Positions 1 through 10,893 of a DNA stretch of 64,000 nucleotides are shown here, one piece after another. A program made the translations under genes and the position numbers. Every line of letters starts with the position of its first letter. Within the stretch, counting starts at the first letter, position 1. This DNA is from Candidatus Bathyarchaeota archaeon. Lineage in GTDB: Archaea > Thermoproteota > Bathyarchaeia > Bathyarchaeales > Bathycorpusculaceae. The notes under the pieces are model-generated. The model ran no database searches. It had not been told where the DNA came from and was given only the letters and a program-made list of their open reading frames with translations. The stretch spans positions 1-64,000 of the forward strand of contig CAVZPM010000033.1 of NCBI GenBank assembly GCA_963777155.1, written 5' to 3'.

Positions 1-355
1 GCAGAACCAGAAAACCAAGATGCAGAATGTGACTCTGCAGGTTCTCAGCGTGTAGGGCTAGTTTACGCAGCTTTAGGTCTTGTTCACTTATCTGTATCCC
101 CATAGCTGCTTCGGTGGCTTTCAAAGAAGCAAGTGTGTGACCAATTGAGCAGATACCGCATATACGCGAGGTAATATGGTGAAGCTCATTCCAGGATCTG
201 CCAACAACCATGGCTTCGAAGAACCTTGGCGCTTCAGGAATACTCCATTCGCATTTCTCCACGGCACCGTTCCTTATAGATACCGTAATATTTCCGTGCC
301 CTTCAACCCTTGTTATATGATGGACATTTACATCAACATTTTTTTGTTCACTCAT
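1..355 (-). CDS. hydA: NiFe hydrogenase large subunit (group 3b / sulfhydrogenase alpha), 5' part; runs off the window
   Basis: Manual translation MSEQKNVDVNVHHITRVEGHG...PRFFEAM...SRICGICSIGH contains RVEGHG and the L1 RxCGxC Ni-binding motif. The ATG overlaps the small-subunit stop (ATGA). Confidence 0.93.
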   Translation of the reverse strand, partial: MSEQKNVDVNVHHITRVEGHGNITVSIRNGAVEKCEWSIPEAPRFFEAMVVGRSWNELHHITSRICGICSIGHTLASLKATEAAMGIQISEQDLKLRKLALHAENLQSHILHLGFLVL

Positions 356-1089
356 CTTTTTGCCTCCTGCCAACCGAAATATAACCTAAACTTGCTGATT
401 GCATCGTCAACCGTTAAGCCATATTTGATTAGAACTTCTTTTTGGGAATTCTCGTTTGGGTTATCGATTAAGCCTCGACAGCCCCAGCAGATTGTTCCCT
501 CATTAACGCAACACGAGTTACAACCAGCTCTCGTAACTGTGCCAACGCAGAATTGACCACGTTCAAAGGCGCAGACATTTTCGTTTTTCTTGCATTCCAC
601 GCAGACAGGGTAGGTAGGAGTTTCAGGCTTCTTTCCCAGCAACAAAGATTTGACCACCTGTAAGAAATCTTCACGGTCAATTGGGCAACCATACACATAA
701 GCATCCACAGGGATTACCGCATCAATTGGCCTTGCAGCATAAGAGTCAAAGAGCCTTGCGTTTTCACCATATACCATATTTTTAACGCCATCCAAGTCCT
801 TGTAGTTTCTAAGGCTATTGATGCCACCGATTGCCGCGCAAGATCCGATTGCCACAACAAGTTTTGCGTTCTTTCGTACCTGTTTTAACCTATCTTCATC
901 TTGCAGTCTAGTGCATGAGCCTTCTACGAATGCGATGTCGTAGTTGTCGCTTTGTTCTTTCATGATTTCCCTGAAGGTTACGACTTCAACTTGGCCCAGA
1001 AGAGCCAAAAGGTCCTCTTCGAGGTTAGCGATCTGTAGTTGGTCACCTTCACAGCCAGCAAAATCAAAAAATGCTACTTTAGGTTTCAT
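352..1089 (-). CDS. hydD: NiFe hydrogenase small subunit (sulfhydrogenase delta)
   Basis: Motifs GCEGDQLQ, VEGS, GSCAAIGG, GCP, CVECK, C-x-G-x-VTRAGC and CWGCRG; operon context. Confidence 0.9.
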   Translation of the reverse strand: MKPKVAFFDFAGCEGDQLQIANLEEDLLALLGQVEVVTFREIMKEQSDNYDIAFVEGSCTRLQDEDRLKQVRKNAKLVVAIGSCAAIGGINSLRNYKDLDGVKNMVYGENARLFDSYAARPIDAVIPVDAYVYGCPIDREDFLQVVKSLLLGKKPETPTYPVCVECKKNENVCAFERGQFCVGTVTRAGCNSCCVNEGTICWGCRGLIDNPNENSQKEVLIKYGLTVDDAISKFRLYFGWQEAKR

Positions 1090-1090
1090 C

Positions 1091-3013
1091 TTAAAGCGCC
1101 TCCGGCACACCTTTTATTTTTGAATAATTAAACACAGGCCCATCTTTGCAGACGTATATCTGGTTGATTTGGCAATGTCCGCATTTTCCGACACCACATT
1201 TCATTCGTCGTTCAAGCGACATTATGATGTGGTCATCGGGAACCATTTTCTTCTTGAGGTCGGCAATCACGAATTTGTACATGACGGGTGGTCCGCAGAG
1301 TATAGCGAGAGTTTGTTCAGGGTCGAAGGATACTTGCGGAATAAGGGTTGTTATCACACCGATATTGCCTGTCCAAAGCTCGTTTTCTGGGCACCAGTTA
1401 ACAGTTGACCTAAACTCGACGTCTTCCCTTAAGGCTAAGGCAGTCATTTCATCGCTAAAAAGCAACTCTTTTGGTTCTTTGCATCCATAGAGAAGGTAGA
1501 CCTTCCCGAAATCTTTTCGGTTATCCAACACGTAATTGAATAGCGAACGAAGAGGAGCAATTCCTAAACCACCAGCAATAAACAGAAGATCCTTGCCCAT
1601 TAATGAGTTAACATTAAAGCCATTCCCGAAGGGTCCCCTGATCCCCACTTTGTCGCCCTCGTTTAGTTTGTGCAGTCTAGTGGTTACATTGCCCAGTTTA
1701 CGGACGCAAATTTCAAATGAACTCTTCTTTGTAGGAGGAGAAGATAATGAGATTGGCGCTTCTCCTATTCCAAAAGCTGAGACTTCGACAAACTGGCCTG
1801 GTTTATGATTGAGGTCTGAGCCGTCATCTAATTTGATTTCAAAAAGAGTTTCAAGGGCAGTCATCGGGGTCTTTTTAATTATCGTTGCGAGTTTAGGTAC
1901 AAAATTAATGTTTTCTTCCGTTTGGATACTTATTTCGGGGGCATCACTGGCTTTGATTTGGCTACCGCTGTTTTGCATTTCATGGTACATATCGTTGAAA
2001 AGGTCAACGGGATTGGCTATGTTTGGTAGGCAGTTTGAGGAGCACCGTCCACAGCCCACACATGAAACAAAGCCGAAGCGGTCATAGAGGTATTTGCCTT
2101 TTTTGAAGTAACGATGACGGTATCTTGTTGGTCTGGTTGCGCGGAAGTTTTCTCCTGAGGCAATCTTTGCAAAATCCTCTAGCAAGCAGCCATCCCAAGT
2201 TCTGATTCTTTCTCCAGCCTCCAAAGTCAGATCAGGGTTATCTTTAACGTCAAAGCAGTAGCACGTGGGGCAAACCAAGACGCATGAGCCGCAAGCTAGA
2301 CACTTTTCTGAGTGTTTTTCCCAGAAGCCGCTCTTTCCATAACTGTCTTTAAGTAATTCAGGAATTAGTTCAGGGGAGAAATCGAAGGTTTGCTGTGAGA
2401 GATTCATTATCTCCCTTTTTTTCTGTCCAGCAACTTGTATGTCTCGGGCCAACGCTGTTGTTACGTTTTTGGCGTATTCGGAAAGTAGATCCTCGCCCTT
2501 TTGGGAACCAACGTTGATAATGTACCTGTTACCTAAATCGGTTAACATGAGATCGAAACCGTAGTCAACAGTGGAGGAACCCATGAATGAGGAGAAGTTC
2601 CATTTGGAAAGTTTTTGGATGTTAACTCCGATAATTATAGAGGACTCGCGTTTCTTGAAGTAGTAGGGGTCGGATTTTGTTTCTCTGAAAATTTCATCCA
2701 TGTGAAGCAACGCAACAATGTCATAAGGATGAACACCTATCATCAACAATGGTTTTGCTTCTTCGGGTTTTTTAGCAGAGAAACCACCTGCTAGATCATA
2801 AGTGAATAGGGTTTCGCGTTGTGGAAAGAAATATTTTTTTGGAGGCAACAGGGTTACGTCATAGTCAAGTCGTAATTCCTCGGCTGTTTGCAGTGGCGAA
2901 AAAGCGAATTTGTTGCCTCTTGATTTAACTCCAATTACATTATAGGAGCCATCTTCAATTAGGTTGTTTACAAAATCTTGAAAATCAGACTTTAAAATGA
3001 TCTTCATGACCAC
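1091..3013 (-). CDS. Fused sulfhydrogenase beta (4Fe-4S) and gamma (FAD/NAD(P)-binding, 2Fe-2S) subunits
   Basis: N-half has CLACGSCVLVCPTCYC and CVGCGRCSSNC. C-half has PGQF, RGPFGNGF, AGGLGIAPLRS, CGPPVM and MKCGVGKCGHC. One uninterrupted 640-aa ORF. Confidence 0.9.
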   Translation of the reverse strand: MVMKIILKSDFQDFVNNLIEDGSYNVIGVKSRGNKFAFSPLQTAEELRLDYDVTLLPPKKYFFPQRETLFTYDLAGGFSAKKPEEAKPLLMIGVHPYDIVALLHMDEIFRETKSDPYYFKKRESSIIIGVNIQKLSKWNFSSFMGSSTVDYGFDLMLTDLGNRYIINVGSQKGEDLLSEYAKNVTTALARDIQVAGQKKREIMNLSQQTFDFSPELIPELLKDSYGKSGFWEKHSEKCLACGSCVLVCPTCYCFDVKDNPDLTLEAGERIRTWDGCLLEDFAKIASGENFRATRPTRYRHRYFKKGKYLYDRFGFVSCVGCGRCSSNCLPNIANPVDLFNDMYHEMQNSGSQIKASDAPEISIQTEENINFVPKLATIIKKTPMTALETLFEIKLDDGSDLNHKPGQFVEVSAFGIGEAPISLSSPPTKKSSFEICVRKLGNVTTRLHKLNEGDKVGIRGPFGNGFNVNSLMGKDLLFIAGGLGIAPLRSLFNYVLDNRKDFGKVYLLYGCKEPKELLFSDEMTALALREDVEFRSTVNWCPENELWTGNIGVITTLIPQVSFDPEQTLAILCGPPVMYKFVIADLKKKMVPDDHIIMSLERRMKCGVGKCGHCQINQIYVCKDGPVFNYSKIKGVPEAL

Positions 3014-3164
3014 TATCTCTCCCTATTCAGGAATACTATAGTAGTTGATAGAAAAGGCAATTTAATGTTTGTGGAAAAAACTCTAAATCTGTCAGGTCCA
3101 CAAAGATAGACAAAAAAAACGGAGCTTAAGAAAACAAAAAACCGCTTCCTATGCTCACTTTAGT

Positions 3165-3761
3165 TTAAATTGTTCTTTTTGCGCCACAGTTAGGGCAAAC
3201 AGTCACCGTTTGGTCCATTAAGCCTTGGCAATACTTGCAGGGAATCATAACAACCGTGCGAACAACTTCCCTTTGCACAGGAGCTGACTGAACCATAGGA
3301 ACTAACACCTGGATTTCGCTAGTTTCGGTTGTCTTATCGGGTCGACCATCTACGGCAACCACACCCTTAACAGTCCAAGTGACTCTGCGATCCGCACCTA
3401 CATACGTTGGTCTTGCACCTGCCGGAATGTTAATGTTTACTGGGACGGCTCTGATTTCACCGTTCGTAAAATGTGAGAGCCCAGAAAGCGATGGTTTTGT
3501 GCTATAAATAACGACCGATTCGTCTACAACTCGAGGGATAGACCTCTTTAAAGCGGGATCATAGACCTCTCTTATAACCTTAGATTGTTCCACACAGGCA
3601 ATTTCACATCGAATTTCTGTGGATTCAAAGTCCTCTTTTGAAGCTATGTTGAAGGATCCTTGTAAGGTCTCTCCTAATGCAATAGAATAAGTGGTGAATC
3701 GTAACTGAACAGATGCATCCGGAGCGGTTAGTTTGTTTGTGAACTTTTTAAGGAACCCCAT
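3165..3761 (-). CDS. Arrestin/Spo0M-like beta-sandwich protein with C-terminal zinc ribbon
   Basis: Beta-strand pattern (GETLQGSF, P..ARPTY.G...VTWTVK) resembles arrestin-N/Spo0M; C-terminal CKYC...CPNC. Confidence 0.55.
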   Translation of the reverse strand: MGFLKKFTNKLTAPDASVQLRFTTYSIALGETLQGSFNIASKEDFESTEIRCEIACVEQSKVIREVYDPALKRSIPRVVDESVVIYSTKPSLSGLSHFTNGEIRAVPVNINIPAGARPTYVGADRRVTWTVKGVVAVDGRPDKTTETSEIQVLVPMVQSAPVQREVVRTVVMIPCKYCQGLMDQTVTVCPNCGAKRTI

Positions 3762-3862
3762 TGCGACACCAAATAATGAATCGTTTATTTGAGGTCTAGC
3801 TTTTAAGATTTGTGAATAGAACCTAACTCTAAGCTTAGTTCTGTTCAGCAGAAAGACTATTT

Positions 3863-4240
3863 TTAATACGGAATTGTGTCTATTCTATCACGCACAACAG
3901 CTATAAGCTCCTCCGCTTTTACCGGCTTAACTAAAAAATCATCTGCACCATAATCAGCAGCCCTTTTTCCGACGTCATCAGTAGAGAAACCTGTTATGAT
4001 AATTTTAACTATTCCTTGGCTGTTGGGTATGTTCAGGAGAATGTCTGTTCCTTCCATGTCAGGAAGCTTAACATCAATTAAGTAAACGTTAAATTTTTCT
4101 TTTTTAATTTTTTCAAGCGCAGCTTTGCCGGTCTCAGCCGTCTCAACAATGTACCCTTGTTTTTGTAAAATGCTCTTGAACACTCTTAGAATGCCTACAT
4201 CGTCATCTACTACAATAATTCGTGTTTTTTCTTCAGTCAT
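3863..4240 (-). CDS. Stand-alone response regulator receiver domain
   Basis: IIVVDDD, D(53)VKLPDMEG, ITG and DFLVKP motifs. Confidence 0.92.
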   Translation of the reverse strand: MTEEKTRIIVVDDDVGILRVFKSILQKQGYIVETAETGKAALEKIKKEKFNVYLIDVKLPDMEGTDILLNIPNSQGIVKIIITGFSTDDVGKRAADYGADDFLVKPVKAEELIAVVRDRIDTIPY

Positions 4241-4403
4241 CTAATTCCTCTAACAAACATGTAAAAGGGCTAAACAGGCATCAATGAAACTTTTGTGTCA
4301 AAAAGAAATCCGCTTATCATAGTTAGCAACATTAAACAGTCATTGGTAATAATCGCTTTAAAGGTATGTGGCTGGCACCACACAGCAACAATTTTAGGAA
4401 CCG

Positions 4404-7400
4404 TTATTTCTTTGAAGATTTAACGTAGACTTCAACTTTTACTGAAGAGGCACCATGCCCAAGAAATTCAGATAAAACGCCTGTCCATTGTGCTGTGGAG
4501 TCAGCTGTAAACCCAACCGTCTGTGAAATCCCACGCCACAAAAGAGCCTTGTCGTAGTCCTTGGCATCCTGAGGCATGAACTCAAAAATCGAGCGGCTCG
4601 CAACAACTACCAGTTTCTTCTTCATGCGTGAAATTGCTACGTTAATTCGGTTTAAATTTAGGAGAAAATCGCTTTCGCTACGGACATAGTCGGGGTCGCT
4701 GACCGTGGATGAGATAATGATGAAGTCTGCTTCGCCGCCTTGGAAGCGTTCCACTGTGTCGACACGAGTGTCTTTGCATCTATCTGACAGCATGTTTTTG
4801 AGTAATCCTTTTTGGGCGTTGTGAGGTGTTATTACACCGATGTTTTCAGTCGGGGCGTTTCGGACTAGAGCCTGCACAATCGAAGCCTCAACCTTGTTGG
4901 ACTGAAAACTTTCTGCCTCATCATGCACAATCAGAACAAAAACATTTTCGGGCGCCAAAACAACCGCCAAACCATTCGTGTTTGGCTTCGAAATAGGCAG
5001 AGTATGCTTTTTGGTCTGAACGGAAATCAATCTGGTCCTTCTCATACACCCATTCCCTCAAAAACTCCGCGACAACTGAGTGGCACCTGTGGCTTTCGCA
5101 TAATCGTTCCGCTGGGATGTCTGCAGGGTGTTTGCATTCTATGCGTTCTATGCCGAGGTCCTCGTTACGCAGCAATCTCAGAAAATCCATAGCAGATAGA
5201 AAAGACGCCATTTCTTCAAGTGTTCGGCGATCTTCTTTTTCCCAGTTATGCGCAACAATCGGGGGCAGTTGGCGGTGATCGCCTGCGACAAGGATTTGAC
5301 TGTTTTTGGACAGGAAACTGCCTGAGAGGATGAGTTCTGGAAGGCGCATCATGCTGGCTTCGTCGACTACGAGGAGGTCAAAGAAGCCTTCTCCCCAGGG
5401 TGGCTCGGAGTCGCCGATTTTCTTCATGAGTCCATAAAGTCCGGGTGGTGTGAGGCATAGAATCATGGGATCGGATGTGGAGGCGTTTGGGGCAAGGGTT
5501 GACTGGTTCATTAGGCAATCTGTGAGTTCTTTGACGGTCTCTTGGTCTTCGTTGTAGTTGACGTATCTGACACCGTCGATAGGTTGCGCGGATGCAGTAT
5601 TGCTGCTTAACACACGGTAGATTCTTAGGTCTTTGAGGTCTTTGCCGCCTGCGTCGGTGTATTCTTGCCAGCAGCGTGCGAGTTTTATTACAAATTCTTG
5701 GATGGCTTTGTGAGTGGGCGCAACCATCAACACCCTGCATCGGGAAGCTGCTCGGTGGGCAGCTACATGAGCTAGAACTGCTAACTGTAAAGTCTCAGTT
5801 TTACCCGTTCCAGGCGGACCCTGAAGCATTACAATTGGCTCTCTCCCGAATACGCGGTCAACAAAACGTGCCTGTTCAGCCTTGGGAGGAAAACGTCTAT
5901 GCTCAACCCAACTCAAAAATGGAGTTGCGGCAACCTTCGACAAAGCAGTGTGAGCTGAGCACTCGACCTTACCTGCCAAATAATTTGCAAGTATATTGTA
6001 GAGCACGTTGTTAGCCGCATAATCGAGGCATTTGGCTGCCCTATCGGAAATAATGTCGTCCGCCAATTCATCTAAAATGTAGAATCGTCCCGCTTCAAAG
6101 AGTTGCATGTACTTGTTTTTGGCTTTCTCGGGATCAGTGGTTGGGAGGTTGTGCCAGGCGCTGTATTTTCTGTCTTTGCCACTTGGCCAAGTTACCACAT
6201 TAACAACGATTTCCAGCTTTTGCGCGTCAACCTTGCCTACGATGGCGCGGGCGGATTTTTCAACTTCTGAAGGAGAACGTTTCTGGGCTTCCTCAAACTG
6301 ACCCTGCTCATTGCGTCTAAGTTCGGTTATAACCATCCAGTCGCCCGAGCTTGAACCATCCGATCCCTTAACGCGGCAGGCGTTAGCAACACATTCAGCC
6401 TTTGGGTAAACCGATGCCTTCGTAGACGAGTTTGCCGTGGACCACAAAATCCAAATCAGACTCAAACACGCTCACGCATTCAAAAATCAGAGACCTGCCT
6501 GAAGCTACACGTTGGTAGGGAAGCATAGCATAGTGCTGGTACATTTCTTGTCGCTTCGAGAAATACTCCAAGTCAAGAAATTCTCTACAACTGCGCTCTA
6601 ATGTGGCTGTGCCCAATGAGAATTGAGAAATTGTTGGGATAGGAATGGGCTTTTTACCCAATCGCCTGTTGCGTATCGATAGTGAATGTTCAATATGCTC
6701 TAATGCCAGGCAAATTTTCTGACCCATCAAATTGAGCTCTTCATCAGTGATCCGGCGGGTCTTTTGGACGTAATCGCACCATTTCCGTTTCTCCAACAAA
6801 ACCTTGGATGGACCCTTTTCGACAAAATTCTCTAAGCGACCCTTGGCTCCCCAAAGATACTCAATGGGCAGTTGGTCGCCGAATCGGGCTCGAGCAGGGT
6901 AATACCCATCTTTATGTGCGCATTCATCACGGAGAAAGCCTATTGAGCCGTCTGGGTTTCGGTTGTATGGAAGAGAATAGTTGAACAATCCATCCCTAAA
7001 CACCAAGCTTAGGTCAACAGATGAACCATCTTTACGTTTTGCTATCCATTGTTTGCGGTCAAAAAAGCTGGCTTGCTCAAGAATGGGTAGTAGACCTGAG
7101 CTGTGGAATTTTAGCGCTTTTCTATGCTGCACTTCGTCTTGGAGAATTGAGAACATGGGCTGGTCGATGGCTTGTCTTAGACCCAAAAGGTCCCGAACTG
7201 CCCGTGCACTCATCAAAGTAGGCTGGCGGCAAACACTCTTCATGAGCACATCACGTTCTCTGCGGCTGAAGAAGTAGAGGTGAATGGGTGCTTCGTCTGG
7301 GCTGCCAACCTCATTTGCTACCTTATTTATTGCTTTGGTTAATTCTTGAAAGAATTCTTCCATTAGCTTCTTTTCTTCATCCAAAGCCTCTTTGTGGTCA

Positions 7401-8753
7401 TCTGGAAGACTGGCGATGACTGTGGATACGCTTGGGGGTTCGCCCCTTAGGCGGGTGCAGTTTACACGGGCACTGATCATGGAAATAACGTCGAGCATGT
7501 AATCCCATTCAATGAATAAGTAGACGCGGATCATGCCGTCGGGACTGTACATTAATGCGGTGTCTGCGCCAGCTATGGGACTGTCTTCTGGAAGGCTGCC
7601 GTATCCAGTGCCGGTTAGCCATGGCATCCATCGGCTTTTGCTTGCATAGAGACTGCCAGGTCGAATGCCCCCTAACATGTACTGGGCGCGTTCGATAAGC
7701 CAATCAAGCTTAGGCCCCACAACTGGGTCAGCGGATATCTTCAGCAACCTTCTTTGTATCTTTGGCAGGAATAGTTTTGAATTCGTACGGACGCAAATCC
7801 GTTGCATCCATTACAGCCTTTAGTTTAGCCAAATCCTCCAGACGCTTTATGTCATGGTTAGCCAGTGCATGCTGCTCGCCTCTACTAAGATTAAGCAGGG
7901 CAATACTTTCGTTTTCGACTGCGCACACTATGCAACATTCGTTGAAGCCACAGTTGTCACATCGCCAGCAGAGCTGAAACTCTACTTTTTCGAGCAGCGT
8001 GTTGTGGATGCGGTTTAACTCACCGTTTTTTGATAGTAGCCGCTCAACGTCTTGTATTAGGGGGCTTAACTTGAATTTTGGCAAGCTATCGGCGTCAAGC
8101 TTCTCAAGGTTTGTTTCGCGGTTAATGACGCCTCCTTCAAGGTCAACCTTTGCAGATAAACCGCCTAGTTCCCGATTAAGCAACAAAACGTAAATTGCCA
8201 CTTGAATACGGTGTGCCGTCTGCTCTTTCCAAGAGGACTTTAACTCAAAAATCCTAACTTTCACCTTGCCATCTTTAAGCGGCCAAACAGCAATCAAATC
8301 AGCAATACCCTTAACATCCCAAACGCCGATTGGACCCTTCATGGGAACCTGATAAATCAAGATAGGTCTATTGTCAGTTTTCTCTCCTGCTGCAATCTGG
8401 TGCTCAATAACATAACAGAGATTATCTACTGAATCCTTGGCTTTATCCCAGCCCTTCTTTCCATAAAGTTTGGGGTCGTATATGGAGAAATCAAGGTATT
8501 CAGCGGCTTTCTCTTTTAGTTCATCGACTTTTTTCTCTTCTAACGCTTTTCCTGTACCGTAAAGCAGGGGACTGATGGCTTTGAAAGCTTCAGGCCATTT
8601 GCGTTTTTTTACTTCTTTGCCTTCGAACTTTAGTTTGAAGAATCGGGGGCAGCAGTTGAAGCGGATGTATTCAGCTATTCCTGAAGCAGTAAGTGTTGGA
8701 GCGGCTTCGCTTGGGTCTTCTTCTTCGCCTGAGTAGTTTAAGCTGAGAGTCAT
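4404..8753 (-). CDS. Large PD-(D/E)XK (RecB/Cas4-like) nuclease fused to an SF1B (Dna2/Nam7-type) helicase, ~1450 aa, split by 3 frameshifts
   Basis: Four overlapping ORFs (7728-8753, 6395-7807, 4921-6465, 4404-5045) give GIADL..FELKSS..Q.AIY, then GPPGTGKT, DEASM, GDHRQL, TVERFQGGE and RINVAISR in order. Confidence 0.85.
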
Positions 8754-9020
8754 TCGTCACTCAATCGATTGGTGCCTCTATTTTGCCGAGTTATTTGGGC
8801 TTAACTTAGCCATGGATTATTGTATTTACCGTTGACTTATGCTTAAAGACATTCCCCAAAATTCAGAATTCAAGCAAGTGGTTCATTGTGGTCTGTCTTA
8901 TTTTTCGGGTCAATTAGGTCATAATCTGGGTGTAAATCTGTACAATTTTGGGCTCAATATTGAAAAATTGTTTAATAAGCGTTTCAATAATTGGATTTTT
9001 GTAAAACGGAGGTGAAAAAG

Positions 9021-9569
9021 ATGAATCGAAAAACAACCGCAATTAGTCTAATATTGCTGACAACTCTCGCGGCAGCAGTTGGAGCACTAACACTTACAGC
9101 GTTCGCAGCCACAGACACAAATTCGACAACTACAGACACCACTACAATTATCACATCCGATGCGGCACAGAACGCAAACCAGCTACAGTTCGACGGTAGA
9201 ATGATGATGGATAGTCAAGGATTCGGTGGAGGACCAGGAGGTCACGGCGGACACGGAGAAGGTTTCATGGGAGGCATGGCAAACATAGAAGTAAGCACAG
9301 AGTACACTGCCAACGTTAACGCTATACTAGACAACGACACTGACGTGCAAAACCTAGTTTCCCAAGGTTACAACGTAACATCGATCAACCCAATAGTCAA
9401 GAACGTCATTGGAGGCGACGGCACATTAACTACACAAGCTACAACCGCAATAGTAACAATGCAGAACGGAACTTCAGGATACGCAACCGTCAAAGTTGAT
9501 GTCGCAAACTCAACAGTAACCCAGATAATCACCATCACCAGAACCGTAATCGACAAATCAACCAGCTAA
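9021..9569 (+). CDS. Secreted hypothetical protein with Gly/His/Met-rich segment
   Basis: GGAGGTGA SD, signal peptide, Thr-rich, GGGPGGHGGHGEG segment. Confidence 0.75.
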   Translation: MNRKTTAISLILLTTLAAAVGALTLTAFAATDTNSTTTDTTTIITSDAAQNANQLQFDGRMMMDSQGFGGGPGGHGGHGEGFMGGMANIEVSTEYTANVNAILDNDTDVQNLVSQGYNVTSINPIVKNVIGGDGTLTTQATTAIVTMQNGTSGYATVKVDVANSTVTQIITITRTVIDKSTS

Positions 9570-9805
9570 ACACAAATAAGATTGCAGAACAAAAAACAAA
9601 GTTTGAAAACTAAACCAATCAGCTTCTCATCTTTTCACCTTTTTTAGAACTAATCGATAGGGGTTTTTAATGCGGGGAATAAAAATTATTGATGTTTATT
9701 TTTTTTAAAAATTTTAGCTAAAAGTATTGGATAATCGAAAGTTTTATCTGAAAAAGTTAGTGAATACAAACTGTGATTAAATTGAAAGAAAGTACAGTGA
9801 GCGTT

Positions 9806-10603
9806 ATGGATTTTCCTCCGCCGCCCCCTCCTCCACCGCCACCGACTTCAAGACGTTTTTCTAAGACAATGCTTGCCGCAATATTAGTTATCGTTTTAGT
9901 AGTTCTGGTATCTGCAGGCGGTTACTATGTTATGACTCTACCCCATGACAACAACCCCGGTCCTGAGCCCTCCGCGACTGCATCGCCTTCAACTACACCT
10001 CAAACATCGCCTTCATCAGCCCCAACGTCTCAGGTCACAGCTACTCCCACCCTGTCAGAGCAAACATCTGCGGGTTATCGAGATGGAGCCTGGGCAAACT
10101 ATACCACCGAGAACTATGATGCAAACGGAGCTGTAGTCGCAAACTACAACCTTGGTTACGCCGTTGGCCAGGGAACTATCAAAGGAATTGACTGTTGGAT
10201 ATTCCGAACTGAACTGCAACTCGCCACAGAAGGCAGTGTAATGAAGACTGTTACAACTTATTGGCTGGACAAAAGTAATCTCCAAGGAGTTCATTACAAA
10301 ATAGTGATAACCTCAAATGACATAGTAATATCTGACACTGAAAACGATTATGCACCCGGCGATTTCAACGACATTCCCACAGCGATCAAACCAAGCACGA
10401 TTGTAACTAAAGAGTCAGTTACGGTTCCTGCCGGCACATTCAACTGCGACAAAGCTGTCATAACACAGACAGATCTTGGGAAAACCTATGTCACTACAAT
10501 ATGGGGTAACTCGAACATACCAGTCATCGGCATGGCAAAGCAAACTATGACCCAAGATGGCATCTTGATATCATCCACAGAGCTCATAGCATACGGCGGC
10601 TAA
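9806..10603 (+). CDS. Single-pass membrane protein: poly-Pro N-tail, TM helix, Pro/Ser/Thr linker, extracellular domain with VTVPAGTF motif
   Basis: ORF translation. Confidence 0.75.
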   Translation: MDFPPPPPPPPPPTSRRFSKTMLAAILVIVLVVLVSAGGYYVMTLPHDNNPGPEPSATASPSTTPQTSPSSAPTSQVTATPTLSEQTSAGYRDGAWANYTTENYDANGAVVANYNLGYAVGQGTIKGIDCWIFRTELQLATEGSVMKTVTTYWLDKSNLQGVHYKIVITSNDIVISDTENDYAPGDFNDIPTAIKPSTIVTKESVTVPAGTFNCDKAVITQTDLGKTYVTTIWGNSNIPVIGMAKQTMTQDGILISSTELIAYGG

Positions 10604-10725
10604 ACAAAAATCATTCTGCGAAGTTGAAATGCTGAAAATTCGGCCCTGTACTTCATTTTTACAGGCAACTTTTTTTTTAATGGATTATAATGTTTTTCCC
10701 GATTCCAATCATACCGAAGAGAATA

Positions 10726-10893
10726 TTATGTCTCTATGAGCAGAAGAGGAACAAATAATCCTGAAGGCTCTTTCTCGGCTCCTGTCTTATCCCCTAATTC
10801 CAGCCGGAGACAACAGTTTTCCTTTGCAATACAATACTCGCAACTTACGATTTCGTTTTTTGTTTGGCAATCAATTATTATTTGAGCAAACAT
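10726..10893 (-). CDS. Small Cys-rich hypothetical protein (55 aa)
   Basis: GAGGT SD before the ATG at 10893; pattern C-x8-C-x2-C-x5-CC. Confidence 0.45.
   Translation of the reverse strand: MFAQIIIDCQTKNEIVSCEYCIAKENCCLRLELGDKTGAEKEPSGLFVPLLLIET

Noticed and set aside
176-556. Plus-strand ORF and the many other short antisense ORFs in the track
   Set aside because: They overlap well-supported genes on the opposite strand and show no motifs.
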